Notes: generated by a model from the sequence alone, not told the origin. A DNA stretch of 59,865 nt, filler included, from 4 parts of 4 records of this genome joined end to end with filler, not necessarily neighbours in it, one strand, 5' to 3'. Shown: positions 1 through 9,250, counted from the first letter of the whole stretch. Translations and numbers: made by a program.

Positions 1-420
1 AATACCAATACTACTACAGCTACAACTGCTTCGTCCTCACAATACCCACCACAACATCAGCAGCAGCACCAACAGAAACCTCCTCCCTCTCCAAGCAGGA
101 TAACCGTCACCATTGGGGGCAGTAGTAAATCTAACTCCTCCTCGTACTGTGGCGACTACTCCCCCACTACTACAAAAACTGGGAGTGGTACAGGAACGAC
201 TGCAACAACAACGACTGGCGGTAATGGTGGTGGTAATGGTGGGTGGTACCACACCACTACTAGCAACAAGAGTGGTGCCACGAAAGGGAATAGTGCTAAT
301 GACAGTGATGGGGAGAGTGGTGGTGGTGGTGGGTTTAGCGTTCCTAGCCACTTTACCATCTCCAACAGAGGTCTAAAGAACCAACACCAATCCCAGCAGC
401 AACGTGCCAATGAGTGGTAA
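1..420 (+). CDS. 3' end of a low-complexity eukaryotic protein (5'-truncated)
   Basis: Frame +1 is open from base 1 to TAA at 418-420 (NTNTTTAT...QQQRANEW*). It is T/G/Q/S-rich like the neighbouring genes and on the same strand as the cluster. Confidence 0.6.
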   Translation, partial: NTNTTTATTASSSQYPPQHQQQHQQKPPPSPSRITVTIGGSSKSNSSSYCGDYSPTTTKTGSGTGTTATTTTGGNGGGNGGWYHTTTSNKSGATKGNSANDSDGESGGGGGFSVPSHFTISNRGLKNQHQSQQQRANEW

Positions 421-675
421 AGTGGTGTGGAATATACTAGTAGTGTTGGAGGAATACTCACACGTAGATATCCACCACATTTATCCATCACGTGAACTCC
501 TTTCTTGCTTCGCTTCTTTTTTTATATAAAAATCGATCTCTATTTTATTGCAAATGATTGTTGTTGTCTTCACCTGCTGTTACACTATTTTATTGATGTT
601 TGCCGTCCATGTCCACTATCCCTCCTTCCATCGTTTTAAGAACAAATCTTAATTTTAGAAAAAAAAGTGTCAGAT

Positions 676-700
676 ACAACACAACACAACACAACACAAC
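676..700 (+). repeat. (ACAAC)x5 microsatellite in a CA-rich leader
   Basis: Read directly from the sequence, upstream of the ATG at 752. Confidence 0.9.
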
Positions 701-751
701 ACATCAATTAGTACAGCAACAACAACAACAATAAGTACCAACTGCATTATT

Positions 752-3700
752 ATGTCATCGTCATCATCGTCATTGGCTGATACCTCTCTCAAGTCCCTTC
801 ACGAATTGGAGGCTGTGAACGGTAAATGTCTACAAACTGTCCAACAAAGATTAGCAACCCTACGTGCATCACTAAGCCACTTGGAGGTCCAACGGGCTGC
901 CATTCACCACGCCAGTCATAATAATAATACCCAAAACGCTCAAAACCGTGTGGTACCTTCTTCCACTTTGTCGTCGTCGTCAACATATGCCGAAGACTTC
1001 TATACCCCGAAAATAGTTGAAGTTACTACAGCTTCCTCTAGTAAGAAGAAAAGGGGAGGAAAACGTGGGAGGGCGGGTGAGGAGCATGACGTAGATAATA
1101 ATCATAGAAGTCGGCATACTTCAGCGGCAACAAATTCAAAGGCGCCAGTGAATACAGGCGATTTGGACCTGTCAGGGTTGTTTGGGGATGATGTGGATGC
1201 TGGGGTTGAGGCGACGACGACCACTGCCAAGAAGGTAGTAAAACAGGCATCTTCGAAGGCCAATACTAATATTATTAGGAAACCCTCCTCGATACCGTCG
1301 ATGTCATCATCACCATCAAATAATGGTCTTGATGGTGTGGATCCGTCTTGTATCTTGCAGTTGGATGTACTTGATGAAATGAAGCGTGGTGCGATGAGCT
1401 ATACCAACGGTGGTGCCTCCTCCTCCTCCTCCTCCTCCCCTCTAGTGGCTCTGTGCTTCGCGGCTATCGAGCAGGGCTTCTCTCCCTCCCCACCACCATC
1501 ATCCGCAACACAACAGCATCAATCCTCTTCCTCCTCATCTACTACTTCGACTGCTGCTGCTGCCCATCATCATCAGCCACTTTCAGGCGTTGCGCTACTG
1601 CCATTAGACAATGTCCCAAGGATGCGAGCAGTGGAGCTGTTTCCCCATATACTATCCGCACTGGAGTCAGTGGGGGGCCGTAGCCGTCAGGAGGGTACTG
1701 CCGTGGTGGGTGGGGTCATCCAGCCAGAATGTTGGCACGACACCATCGTCCACCACAACAATACCACCAATACCAATAGTACAAGGGTGTCCATCCCAGT
1801 GGGGGATCTTGACCCCTTCAGCTCTCACATCCTCCTAGCCCACCTACGGACTGAGAGGAGTAAGCGGGCTGTCGGGAAGCCCTTGGTATTGGCAACTACT
1901 ACCACCACTGCTACTGGGGGTATTGTAGGAGGGGGAGAAGGGGGAAGCGTCACCCCCAACGCAACATCCTCCTCCTTATCTCCGTCATCTCCAATGACGG
2001 TAGCGACAGAGGCTGAGTTGGCTAATATAGTTGCTGCCGAGCACCTCTTCCCGTCGCCATATAAGGGTCCCCGTGGCCACGGCATTACACCCTCTGTCCT
2101 TCCTCGTACTAAGGGATCCAGCGGCATGAAGGCCCACTCCAGTAATTGGGCCGAGGAGGAAGATGAGCTCCTGATGCAGCTCGTACTACAGCAAATGAGA
2201 AGAGATGCTATCGCTCAGAAGTCGAGAAATGCCTCTCTTATCAATCCTCCTCCTCTACCCCCATCTACTACTACCGCAAGTAATATTGATTGGGCAGCTA
2301 TTGGTACCGAGATGGGAAGTAGTTTTGGTAAAGCAAGTGTTGGGGCTAATGACATGGCATCATGGCTCCGGTGGGAGAATGTCCTGAGGCCGGTTGTGAG
2401 CTCGGCTGCACTTGGTGCTGAGCTAAGCTTTGAGGATAGTACATATTCTCCTCACAACAACGACAATGGTACCTCGATGAAGAGTAGTCAACAACATCAC
2501 CAACACAATGCCACTGACAGTAAATATGGCGATGGCGATGATAATAATAATATTAAAAATGGAGATATGGTGGTAGTTGAGGGGTCTCAGAGACTGCGGG
2601 GTATCGGAGAGGTCTTTAAGGGAGGTGGTACCAACAACATCAGCGGTACCTCCCTAAATTCGTCAAGCAATAAGAAGTACCAGAGTGCGGATGCATGGCC
2701 CACTGCTGATGATGAGTTTCTTTGGGCGCTCGTACGACAGGCGAATTTCAAGTTGGATCGGGCCTTTTGGTTGAGGATGAAGTATGTTGCGCCGTTAAGG
2801 GACTCCTACGCACCTTTTGCTATTCTTCAACGATTCCAGCAATTTACCAACCCTCTTCACTGTCCTACCATAACCGGCACCGCCAAGACTGTCACCACCA
2901 TCGCCAACAATATTATTGCTAACGAATCCACCACCACCACAAAGCGGCGACGACGACGAGTGACCAAGAGCAAAGATGATGAATGTGATGATGATGACAG
3001 TAAAGGCGTCGTTTCATTATCATCAGGAACTGCAAAAGGTAGTGGTGGCAGAGCAGCTAAGTACGAGGTGTTGACTGTACTTCGGACACACGAAGTACTC
3101 GAACAAACACCCCCCATCACCAACACCGCTTACGACGACATTATTGCTGCCGCTGCTAGGATCAATGATAAGTATCCGACCACGTATGGCTTCAGCCTCA
3201 AGAATCAATTTGGTGTTGTGGATGTGACTCCCGATGTTGTTGTTAATAATGGCGTTGCTAGTGATGTTCTTGTCACCACTGACACCCCTCCTGTTGTCAC
3301 GTCCAGCAGCAACACCAGGCCTCGTCTGCACCCCCTTATCCGTAAGCGGTCTTTACTCGACAGCAGCAACTCTACCTCCCCCCGTCGTTCGACCCCAGGT
3401 GGCACCATGACAACTGCAGAGTCCATGGTCTTCGAGGAAAGCTTTACCCCCATCAGCTCTACCTCTCCAACCACACCCTCCTTCCCTGCCGCTGCTGCTG
3501 TGTCAACGACAACAACACGCCGCCGCCAACCACGTGCTTCCCAACTGAATGGTTGGTCGACACATGAGCTACAGGTCCTTTCGATGTTGGTGAAGTCATT
3601 TGTTATGTCTAGGCACCTTTGTATCGGTGGCTATCATTCCTCATCTTCCATGGAATTGGAGGACGATGATTCATGGTTCGGTGTCGACTTTGCACTTATT

Positions 3701-3910
3701 CATAACGACTTCACTACATTGTGTAGTCGTACTCATGACGATGAGGATAGTACCACAACTACCACTACTACTAGCCGTCATAATTATCAACAAGTATCGG
3801 CGACAGGTCCACTAGGGGGTCAGATGTTGGAGCACAGCCTACAGTTCCACACAAAGGAGCAGTTACGGGGGGTGCTGAGGTCGTTGAACTCACCCGTTAA
3901 TAATAAGTGA
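752..3910 (+). CDS. Myb/SANT-repeat protein, SNAP190/SNAPC4-like, 1052 aa
   Basis: Intronless ORF with Myb-like motifs WAEEEDELL...IDWAAIG...RWENVLRP, WPTADDEFLWALV...PFAILQRFQQFTNP and WSTHELQVL, plus an N-terminal coiled coil. Confidence 0.6.
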   Translation: MSSSSSSLADTSLKSLHELEAVNGKCLQTVQQRLATLRASLSHLEVQRAAIHHASHNNNTQNAQNRVVPSSTLSSSSTYAEDFYTPKIVEVTTASSSKKKRGGKRGRAGEEHDVDNNHRSRHTSAATNSKAPVNTGDLDLSGLFGDDVDAGVEATTTTAKKVVKQASSKANTNIIRKPSSIPSMSSSPSNNGLDGVDPSCILQLDVLDEMKRGAMSYTNGGASSSSSSSPLVALCFAAIEQGFSPSPPPSSATQQHQSSSSSSTTSTAAAAHHHQPLSGVALLPLDNVPRMRAVELFPHILSALESVGGRSRQEGTAVVGGVIQPECWHDTIVHHNNTTNTNSTRVSIPVGDLDPFSSHILLAHLRTERSKRAVGKPLVLATTTTTATGGIVGGGEGGSVTPNATSSSLSPSSPMTVATEAELANIVAAEHLFPSPYKGPRGHGITPSVLPRTKGSSGMKAHSSNWAEEEDELLMQLVLQQMRRDAIAQKSRNASLINPPPLPPSTTTASNIDWAAIGTEMGSSFGKASVGANDMASWLRWENVLRPVVSSAALGAELSFEDSTYSPHNNDNGTSMKSSQQHHQHNATDSKYGDGDDNNNIKNGDMVVVEGSQRLRGIGEVFKGGGTNNISGTSLNSSSNKKYQSADAWPTADDEFLWALVRQANFKLDRAFWLRMKYVAPLRDSYAPFAILQRFQQFTNPLHCPTITGTAKTVTTIANNIIANESTTTTKRRRRRVTKSKDDECDDDDSKGVVSLSSGTAKGSGGRAAKYEVLTVLRTHEVLEQTPPITNTAYDDIIAAAARINDKYPTTYGFSLKNQFGVVDVTPDVVVNNGVASDVLVTTDTPPVVTSSSNTRPRLHPLIRKRSLLDSSNSTSPRRSTPGGTMTTAESMVFEESFTPISSTSPTTPSFPAAAAVSTTTTRRRQPRASQLNGWSTHELQVLSMLVKSFVMSRHLCIGGYHSSSSMELEDDDSWFGVDFALIHNDFTTLCSRTHDDEDSTTTTTTTSRHNYQQVSATGPLGGQMLEHSLQFHTKEQLRGVLRSLNSPVNNK

Positions 3911-4119
3911 GTGATTGGTTGGTTGATGAGAGAGAGAGCGACTTTTAATTTCCAATTTTTATATTATTAGTTCACATGAACGATTTTTTAAATTGTGTGT
4001 CTTTTATTAATGTTCATCATTTCTCCTCATCGTTATAATACGTTTTAACAGGATCAACCAAACAACAAGTTAGAGAGAACAATACTCAAAACACACACAC
4101 CACAACATTAATACAATAA

Positions 4120-4908
4120 ATGTCCGCCCCAACCCCCACCACCTCCTCCAATGGCGATGCTGCGGCCTACATCCGGGATAAGAAGATCGAGCCCCTCATG
4201 GAAGGTCTCCTCCACGACGTCCTTCTCAACCTCCCCAACGACCCCCTCGCTTTCCTCCTTGAGGCCCTCGCCACTAACCCCGCTCCAAAGTTTATCGTCT
4301 ACGGGCCCCCTGCGTGTGGAAAGGGTGAGCAGTGTAAGCGCATTGCGGCCCACACTGGTGCCGTCCACATTAGTACCGGTGACCTTCTCCGTGAGGAGAT
4401 TGCCAAGGGCTCAGAGCTTGGTCTCAGTGCCAAGCAGTTCATGGATAGTGGAGCATTGGTGCCTGATACCGTCATCACATCCCTCCTGAAGAACCGACTA
4501 TCCCAGCCCGATACCAAGTCAAAGGGGTGGGTACTGGACGGGTTCCCACGTACTCGCGCCCAGGCCATCAGCCTCCAGATCGAGGGTGTTATTCCTATGC
4601 GGTTCATCAGCATTGATGTGTCAGATGCTGTTTGTCAGGAGCGTGTTGCAGGCCGCGTCGTGGACCCCTCCACTGGTATTTCTTACAACTCCACCACCAA
4701 CCCTCCCCCTGCTGGCGTCAAGACCGAGGTCCGTACTGATGACGGCGTAGATGATCACAAGCGTCGCTTGGCCATCCATCGGCGAAATGAGCCCGAGGTG
4801 CATTCTTGCTATCCCGGTGCCCTGCGTGTATCAGGCGAGCGCACCCCTGACGAGATCTTCGTAGACATCCAGGCCGCCGTCGATGCTAAGCTCGTTACCG
4901 TAGACTAA
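4120..4908 (+). CDS. Adenylate kinase with an N-terminal Dpy-30/RIIa-like docking domain (flagellar type)
   Basis: P-loop GPPACGKG, HISTGDLLR and GWVLDGFPRT motifs. N-terminal YIRDKKIEPLMEGLLHDVLLNLPNDPLAFL. Confidence 0.92.
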   Translation: MSAPTPTTSSNGDAAAYIRDKKIEPLMEGLLHDVLLNLPNDPLAFLLEALATNPAPKFIVYGPPACGKGEQCKRIAAHTGAVHISTGDLLREEIAKGSELGLSAKQFMDSGALVPDTVITSLLKNRLSQPDTKSKGWVLDGFPRTRAQAISLQIEGVIPMRFISIDVSDAVCQERVAGRVVDPSTGISYNSTTNPPPAGVKTEVRTDDGVDDHKRRLAIHRRNEPEVHSCYPGALRVSGERTPDEIFVDIQAAVDAKLVTVD

Positions 4909-5137
4909 GAAGAGCTTCAAAAAAAATGTATCCTCCCATTTCATTTACTTGATTGTATTTTCGATTGACAGTCTCAATCAATTTGCCTTTTGTGTTTAAC
5001 CTTCCGTTTTCCCCTCACAACAACAAAACACGAAGGTGTTTCTGAAGCGGCGTTTTTAGTAAAGCTCACACAAAACACCCCACCCCTTTTTATTAAACCC
5101 ACACCCCCAATTAGTAGTACAACCCATAACAACATAC

Positions 5138-6249
5138 ATGTTGCGCACCACACCCACATCGTTGCGTTACGTGGCCTTCACCAAGCCCCGTTACTACAAC
5201 CCCCCGGCCCAGTACCCCGTCCGATCAGTCTTCCCTCTGATCTACAGTAACAACCTCCTCAGTAAGTCCCGTAAAAAGCTTGAAGATTTCCCTGGCCGCC
5301 AGGGGTTTGATGACGATCATCAGGCGCCTGTTATGGGTTCGACGAGTACCGAAAATGCTGGACGTTTTGCGTTTAATCACTACGAGTTGCGGTTGAACCC
5401 CCAGTTGATTCAGTCCCACAAGGACCTCCGCAGTAATTCAGAGTATGCCGGACCACGTGCCGGATACCTTTTCCCTCAAACTGGTTGGCACAAGCCCGGT
5501 GCCAATTGGAAGGAGGCCAAGAACTACCACATTAATAAGAAGGGTCCAATTAAGGGAGAGTGGCTTGAGAGGCATATCACTCCACGCTTCATGCTTGCGC
5601 CCCGTGTGTGTCCTGGTGGTCCTCGGTCTAGGTATGAGGGTAAGCTTGCCTACTCCATCGTGTCCCTCCCCCGCATCCTATGGTCAATCGAGTGTGGAAA
5701 GCTCAACCCCAATGAACCCATTACCCTTCGTACCCTTGTCGAGGCTGGTGTCGTTCACGACAGGAATGTGCTGTGGCCTGGGTTGAAGATTCTAGCAGGT
5801 GGACTTTCCGAGATACCCATGCCACTTCACATTGAGCTCCAACGTGCTGACCAACCCACCATCAACGCTATCGAAAAGGGTGGAGGTACTTTCACAGCAG
5901 TGTACCTTTCCCCCGAGGGAATGCACCAGGAGCTGAATCCTGACCAATACCCCACCTTTGTGGATGCGGATATGCCAAACAAGCTTAGTATGGATAGAGT
6001 AATGAGCCAGCCCAAGCAGCGTGGGTACCTTAGCCAATGGGTGAGCGAGAGCTCCCAGTACGCCCACCCCGACTCTGGCCGTCGGCTCGCACACTACGTC
6101 AAGCCTCCCGTCGACCGTGATTTCCCAACCACCTTCGCTGAGTACGAGGCAGTGAAGCATCACCAGAAGTGGCATCTTAACCAGGCCGGTTCTGGCACGG
6201 TCCTCCCCTGGAACTACCTCAATACCCTCGACGTCAGGCAGGCCACCTC
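5138..6249 (+). CDS. Mitochondrial ribosomal protein uL15m, kinetoplastid-type extended form (3'-truncated)
   Basis: MLR- mitochondrial-type N-terminus. L15 core features: GKLNPNEPITLRTLVEAGVV, GLKILAGG, AIEKGGG. The ORF runs into the linker. Confidence 0.8.
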
Positions 6250-6349
6250 NNNNNNNNNNNNNNNNNNNNNNNNNNNNNNNNNNNNNNNNNNNNTTAATTA
6301 ATTAANNNNNNNNNNNNNNNNNNNNNNNNNNNNNNNNNNNNNNNNNNNN
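6250..6349. other. Artificial contig linker (N44-TTAATTAATTAA-N44)
   Basis: N runs around a six-frame stop linker; composition changes across it. Confidence 0.99.
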
Positions 6350-6361
6350 TATAATCAAAGA

Positions 6362-6378
6362 AAAGTTCAAACAAACGA
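6362..6378 (+). repeat. 17-bp site copy 1: AAAGTTCAAACAAACGA
   Basis: Read directly; 12 bp from the contig start, upstream of parD. Confidence 0.92.
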
Positions 6379-6422
6379 TTCCTAAAACATTCCTGATATA
6401 ATTCCGTTTGACAAATATTCAA

Positions 6423-6430
6423 TAAATTTG
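6423..6430 (+). promoter_or_regulatory. Bacteroidota -7 promoter element (TAAATTTG) for parDE
   Basis: Matches TAnnTTTG about 50 bp upstream of the likely ATG at 6479. No canonically spaced -33 box was identified. Confidence 0.5.
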
Positions 6431-6478
6431 CATCAATAATATGTTATAATGTGTATATTGTATGTAAATACTATTATT

Positions 6479-6739
6479 ATGGCAACAATAAGAAAATCAT
6501 TAACTATAACTGCTGCCCAGGAAGAGTGGATAAAATTACAAATCAAGAATGGTGGCTTCGCAAACGATAGTGAATACATGCGACATCTAATACGATTGGA
6601 TGAGGAGCGCAATAGGGAGTTTCTAATCACTAAGGCGGCCATACAGGATGGTTATGATAGTGGCGTAAATTCTAAAATCAGGTCTGTTGATGAAATTATT
6701 GAAGCTGCGATAGTTCGTAAAAAGAACAGAAATGCCTAG
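6479..6739 (+). CDS. parD: ParD-family (RHH) antitoxin
   Basis: MATIRKSLTIT...WIKLQIKNGGFANDSEYMRHLIR; overlaps parE by 8 nt. Confidence 0.88.
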   Translation: MATIRKSLTITAAQEEWIKLQIKNGGFANDSEYMRHLIRLDEERNREFLITKAAIQDGYDSGVNSKIRSVDEIIEAAIVRKKNRNA

Positions 6740-7022
6740 ATATTATTTATCGTCCAAAGCGGATGACGATATCGATGATATAGTGGATTATACCTTGGAA
6801 ACTTGGGGTGAATCACAGACGCATATCTATGTTACCGAATTATACCAATTTTTACAAACTCTGGCAGATAATCCCGATCTTGGCCGAAGTGCTTCAGAAT
6901 TTGCGGCTCTACTTAGAAGATACAACTATAAGGCACACACAATTTTTTACGAACCAACTGAAAAGGGCATATTCGTCGTTCGCATTTTAGGACAAGTAAG
7001 AGATTTCAAAAGACATCTTTAG
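6732..7022 (+). CDS. parE: ParE/RelE-family toxin
   Basis: YYLSSKADDDIDDIVDYTLETWG...LADNPDLGR...HTIFY...VVRIL, the typical ParE pattern. Confidence 0.9.
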   Translation: MPRYYLSSKADDDIDDIVDYTLETWGESQTHIYVTELYQFLQTLADNPDLGRSASEFAALLRRYNYKAHTIFYEPTEKGIFVVRILGQVRDFKRHL

Positions 7023-7041
7023 CAGATATTTATCTGATTAA

Positions 7042-7056
7042 AAAGTACAAATATAC
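7042..7056 (+). repeat. Site copy 2 (variant): AAAGTACAAATATAC, directly followed by ATG
   Basis: Same spacing as the consensus. The GTT/AAC arms become GTA/TAC, a compensatory change that preserves the palindrome. The terminal G is missing. Confidence 0.7.
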
Positions 7057-7524
7057 ATGCAGAAAATAAGCGTAAATTTTGGCATACTATTGGAAATTGT
7101 CGAGGACTGGATAAGGAATGATTTGATTGCCAATCGTATTACTGCCAGGATTGTCAATGGGGAAGAGACGGTGGAAGCAACCATTGACGGAGCTTATTTT
7201 GTTGAAAATCATAAAACGGTTTACTTGGTCATGCGGCGGCGGGAGCAGGAAGACCTTTTTGATGATGACGGAAACCTTCTCAATGATCAAACTCCGAGCG
7301 GTATTTATGAAAATCTTCGAGAACTGGAGAAACTAGGCGTAGATTACAGTACTCCGATTGAAATAGAGATATGGTTCTCGGATGGTGAGGATGATATTCA
7401 GTACCGGTTGGAGTGCCATCAATACTATGTCAGCAATGAAAGGTTGGCCGTTATCCATTTTCTTGGTCGTGAAGAAGATGAAGATAAGGATGAATTTATA
7501 AACTTTCTGCACGAACAATATTAA
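7057..7524 (+). CDS. Hypothetical acidic protein, 155 aa
   Basis: ORF fills the interval between site copies 2 and 3. D/E-rich; no family recognised. Confidence 0.8.
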   Translation: MQKISVNFGILLEIVEDWIRNDLIANRITARIVNGEETVEATIDGAYFVENHKTVYLVMRRREQEDLFDDDGNLLNDQTPSGIYENLRELEKLGVDYSTPIEIEIWFSDGEDDIQYRLECHQYYVSNERLAVIHFLGREEDEDKDEFINFLHEQY

Positions 7525-7528
7525 GTTT

Positions 7529-7545
7529 AAAGTTCAAGTAAACGA
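7529..7545 (+). repeat. 17-bp site copy 3: AAAGTTCAAGTAAACGA
   Basis: Lies 4 bp after the stop at 7524; its final A is the A of the next ATG (7545). Confidence 0.92.
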
Positions 7546-8003
7546 TGAAGAATCATCTAAAATTAAACCATACCGTCCTACTAACTGTTGTAATTTGTCT
7601 TCTAGGATGCAAATCAAAAGATGCGAAAATTGCGGAGACACTAGATGGCGGCTATGTTTTAAATAAAATTGAACATAAAGGTACTGATATTACTCCTGAG
7701 GTTATTGCGGCAATCCTTTCATTTAATGATTTCAAATTCAAACCACCCATAATTTCAAGTAAAGTTGGCAAAAGAGATAAATATGATTGGAAGCCAATAG
7801 AAGAAAAAAATGAAATTAAAATCAAGTTTAACACCGAGAATCAGATCTTCAAGGATATTTTTAAGATTTCGTTCAAGATTGATGATTCAAGCGAACAAAT
7901 TCATCTGTATATGAAATCCCAAAGCACACACATAAGTGCAACAAGGGTGTTCCTATTAGATGATTTTGAAGTTGTAAAAAGGAAGTTGATACTACTAAAT
8001 TAA
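7545..8003 (+). CDS. Hypothetical lipoprotein, 152 aa
   Basis: Signal peptide with lipobox LLGC; bounded by site copies 3 and 4. Confidence 0.8.
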   Translation: MKNHLKLNHTVLLTVVICLLGCKSKDAKIAETLDGGYVLNKIEHKGTDITPEVIAAILSFNDFKFKPPIISSKVGKRDKYDWKPIEEKNEIKIKFNTENQIFKDIFKISFKIDDSSEQIHLYMKSQSTHISATRVFLLDDFEVVKRKLILLN

Positions 8004-8018
8004 TTAAAAAGGAAAACT

Positions 8019-8035
8019 AAAGTTCAAAAAAACGA
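8019..8035 (+). repeat. 17-bp site copy 4: AAAGTTCAAAAAAACGA
   Basis: 15 bp after the stop at 8003. Confidence 0.92.
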
Positions 8036-8098
8036 TGAACAGGTTTACGGTTTATGTAAAAATAACTCGGATATTCATTTACAACTAAAATTTAAACA

Positions 8099-8491
8099 AT
8101 GTTTACCATAGAGCAAATCGAAACCGCACATGAGAAGGTTAAATCTGGTGCTGATTTTCCAAAATACATTCAAGAAATCAAAGACATTGGTGTAACCGCA
8201 TTTGAAACATGGGTAACTGATAGTCATACCCAATATTTTGGAAAAGATGGATTTCAAACCAAATCTGAAGCAAAATATGATATGCTGATCATTGCTGATT
8301 TTTGTGATAAGGAAGGATTTGAAAAGTATTTAAGAATTCATCAAAAGGGAGAAACGGATTATCTTACCTTTTGTCAACATTGTGCTGAAACAGGAATCGA
8401 AAAATGGAAAGTGAATCTTGGTAGAATGACCTGTATATATTACGATAAAGTTGGAAATGAGATTCTAATAGAGATTGTACCGACAGCCTAA
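8099..8491 (+). CDS. DUF1398 (YdfO-like) protein
   Basis: MFTIEQIETAHEKVKSGADFPKYIQEIK...HQKGETDYLTFC...GIEKW, characteristic of the family. Confidence 0.85.
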   Translation: MFTIEQIETAHEKVKSGADFPKYIQEIKDIGVTAFETWVTDSHTQYFGKDGFQTKSEAKYDMLIIADFCDKEGFEKYLRIHQKGETDYLTFCQHCAETGIEKWKVNLGRMTCIYYDKVGNEILIEIVPTA

Positions 8492-8500
8492 CCTGTCAAC

Positions 8501-8517
8501 AAAGTTCAAATAAACGA
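8501..8517 (+). repeat. 17-bp site copy 5: AAAGTTCAAATAAACGA
   Basis: 9 bp after the stop at 8491. Confidence 0.93.
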
Positions 8518-8542
8518 TTCAATCCAAACCCTTAAGGGGCCA

Positions 8543-9250
8543 CTAGGTACTTTTTACTTGCAAACAATCAACCTTGGGGTGAAGCCATAAGAAAGTAGCA
8601 GGCAATTGGGTAGTTATGATTTTTTTCTTCAATTTGGAGCGTACTTCTTCTTTGCCCGTTCCATAAATCAAGAGGATTATTCTTTTGGCAGAGAGGATGT
8701 TTTGCATACCCAGCGTCATTCCGAACGATGGTTTTATATCCAAATCCTTAACCATACCATGCTTTTGTGATGCCTCCGAAAGTTGAGCCACATGGCAAAA
8801 TGGCTGCAAGTGGTAATCAGGCTCATTAAAGCCAATATGTCCGTTCTTCCCCAATCCCAAAATACACAAATCGATTAAACCATCATTTTCAATCTTTTGT
8901 TGAATCCTATTACACTCTTTCGAAGCATTTTGTGGGTTGGTGATAAAACCAGTGTATCGATCATTGGGAATATGCAAGGGACTTAGAAGGTGTTCCTGCA
9001 AATAATACTCACAAGAACCTGGGTTTGTATCGGGTAGCCCGCCCCATTCATCCAATTTTACAATATGGAGCTTTTCGAAAAGCTCTGGCCGATTCAAATA
9101 TTGCCTTGCCAAAAACTCGTAGGTTCCTGTCGGGGAGTTTCCGGTAGCTGCACAAATACGAAGGTTTTTTTTCCTTTTAAGTTCTGAGAGTACAATATGG
9201 CCCGCATGTGCGCTCATCGCTTCATAGTCTTCAAAGAATTGGTTGTTCAT
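8543..9250 (-). CDS. Glucosamine/galactosamine-6-phosphate isomerase (NagB/AgaI family)
   Basis: ATGNSP, LDEWGGL and LGLGKNGHIGFNEP motifs. Start placed at the ATGA overlap with the upstream gene. Confidence 0.88.
   Translation of the reverse strand: MNNQFFEDYEAMSAHAGHIVLSELKRKKNLRICAATGNSPTGTYEFLARQYLNRPELFEKLHIVKLDEWGGLPDTNPGSCEYYLQEHLLSPLHIPNDRYTGFITNPQNASKECNRIQQKIENDGLIDLCILGLGKNGHIGFNEPDYHLQPFCHVAQLSEASQKHGMVKDLDIKPSFGMTLGMQNILSAKRIILLIYGTGKEEVRSKLKKKIITTQLPATFLWLHPKVDCLQVKST

Noticed and set aside
6441-6469. dif-like sequence ATGTTATAATGTGTATATTGTATGTAAAT upstream of parD
   Set aside because: It does not fit the 11-6-11 XerC/XerD geometry without indels and is more likely the TA operator/leader.
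6362-8517. 17-bp repeats as a CRISPR array
   Set aside because: The intervals are about 480-680 bp and contain whole genes, the repeat is too short, and there are no cas genes.
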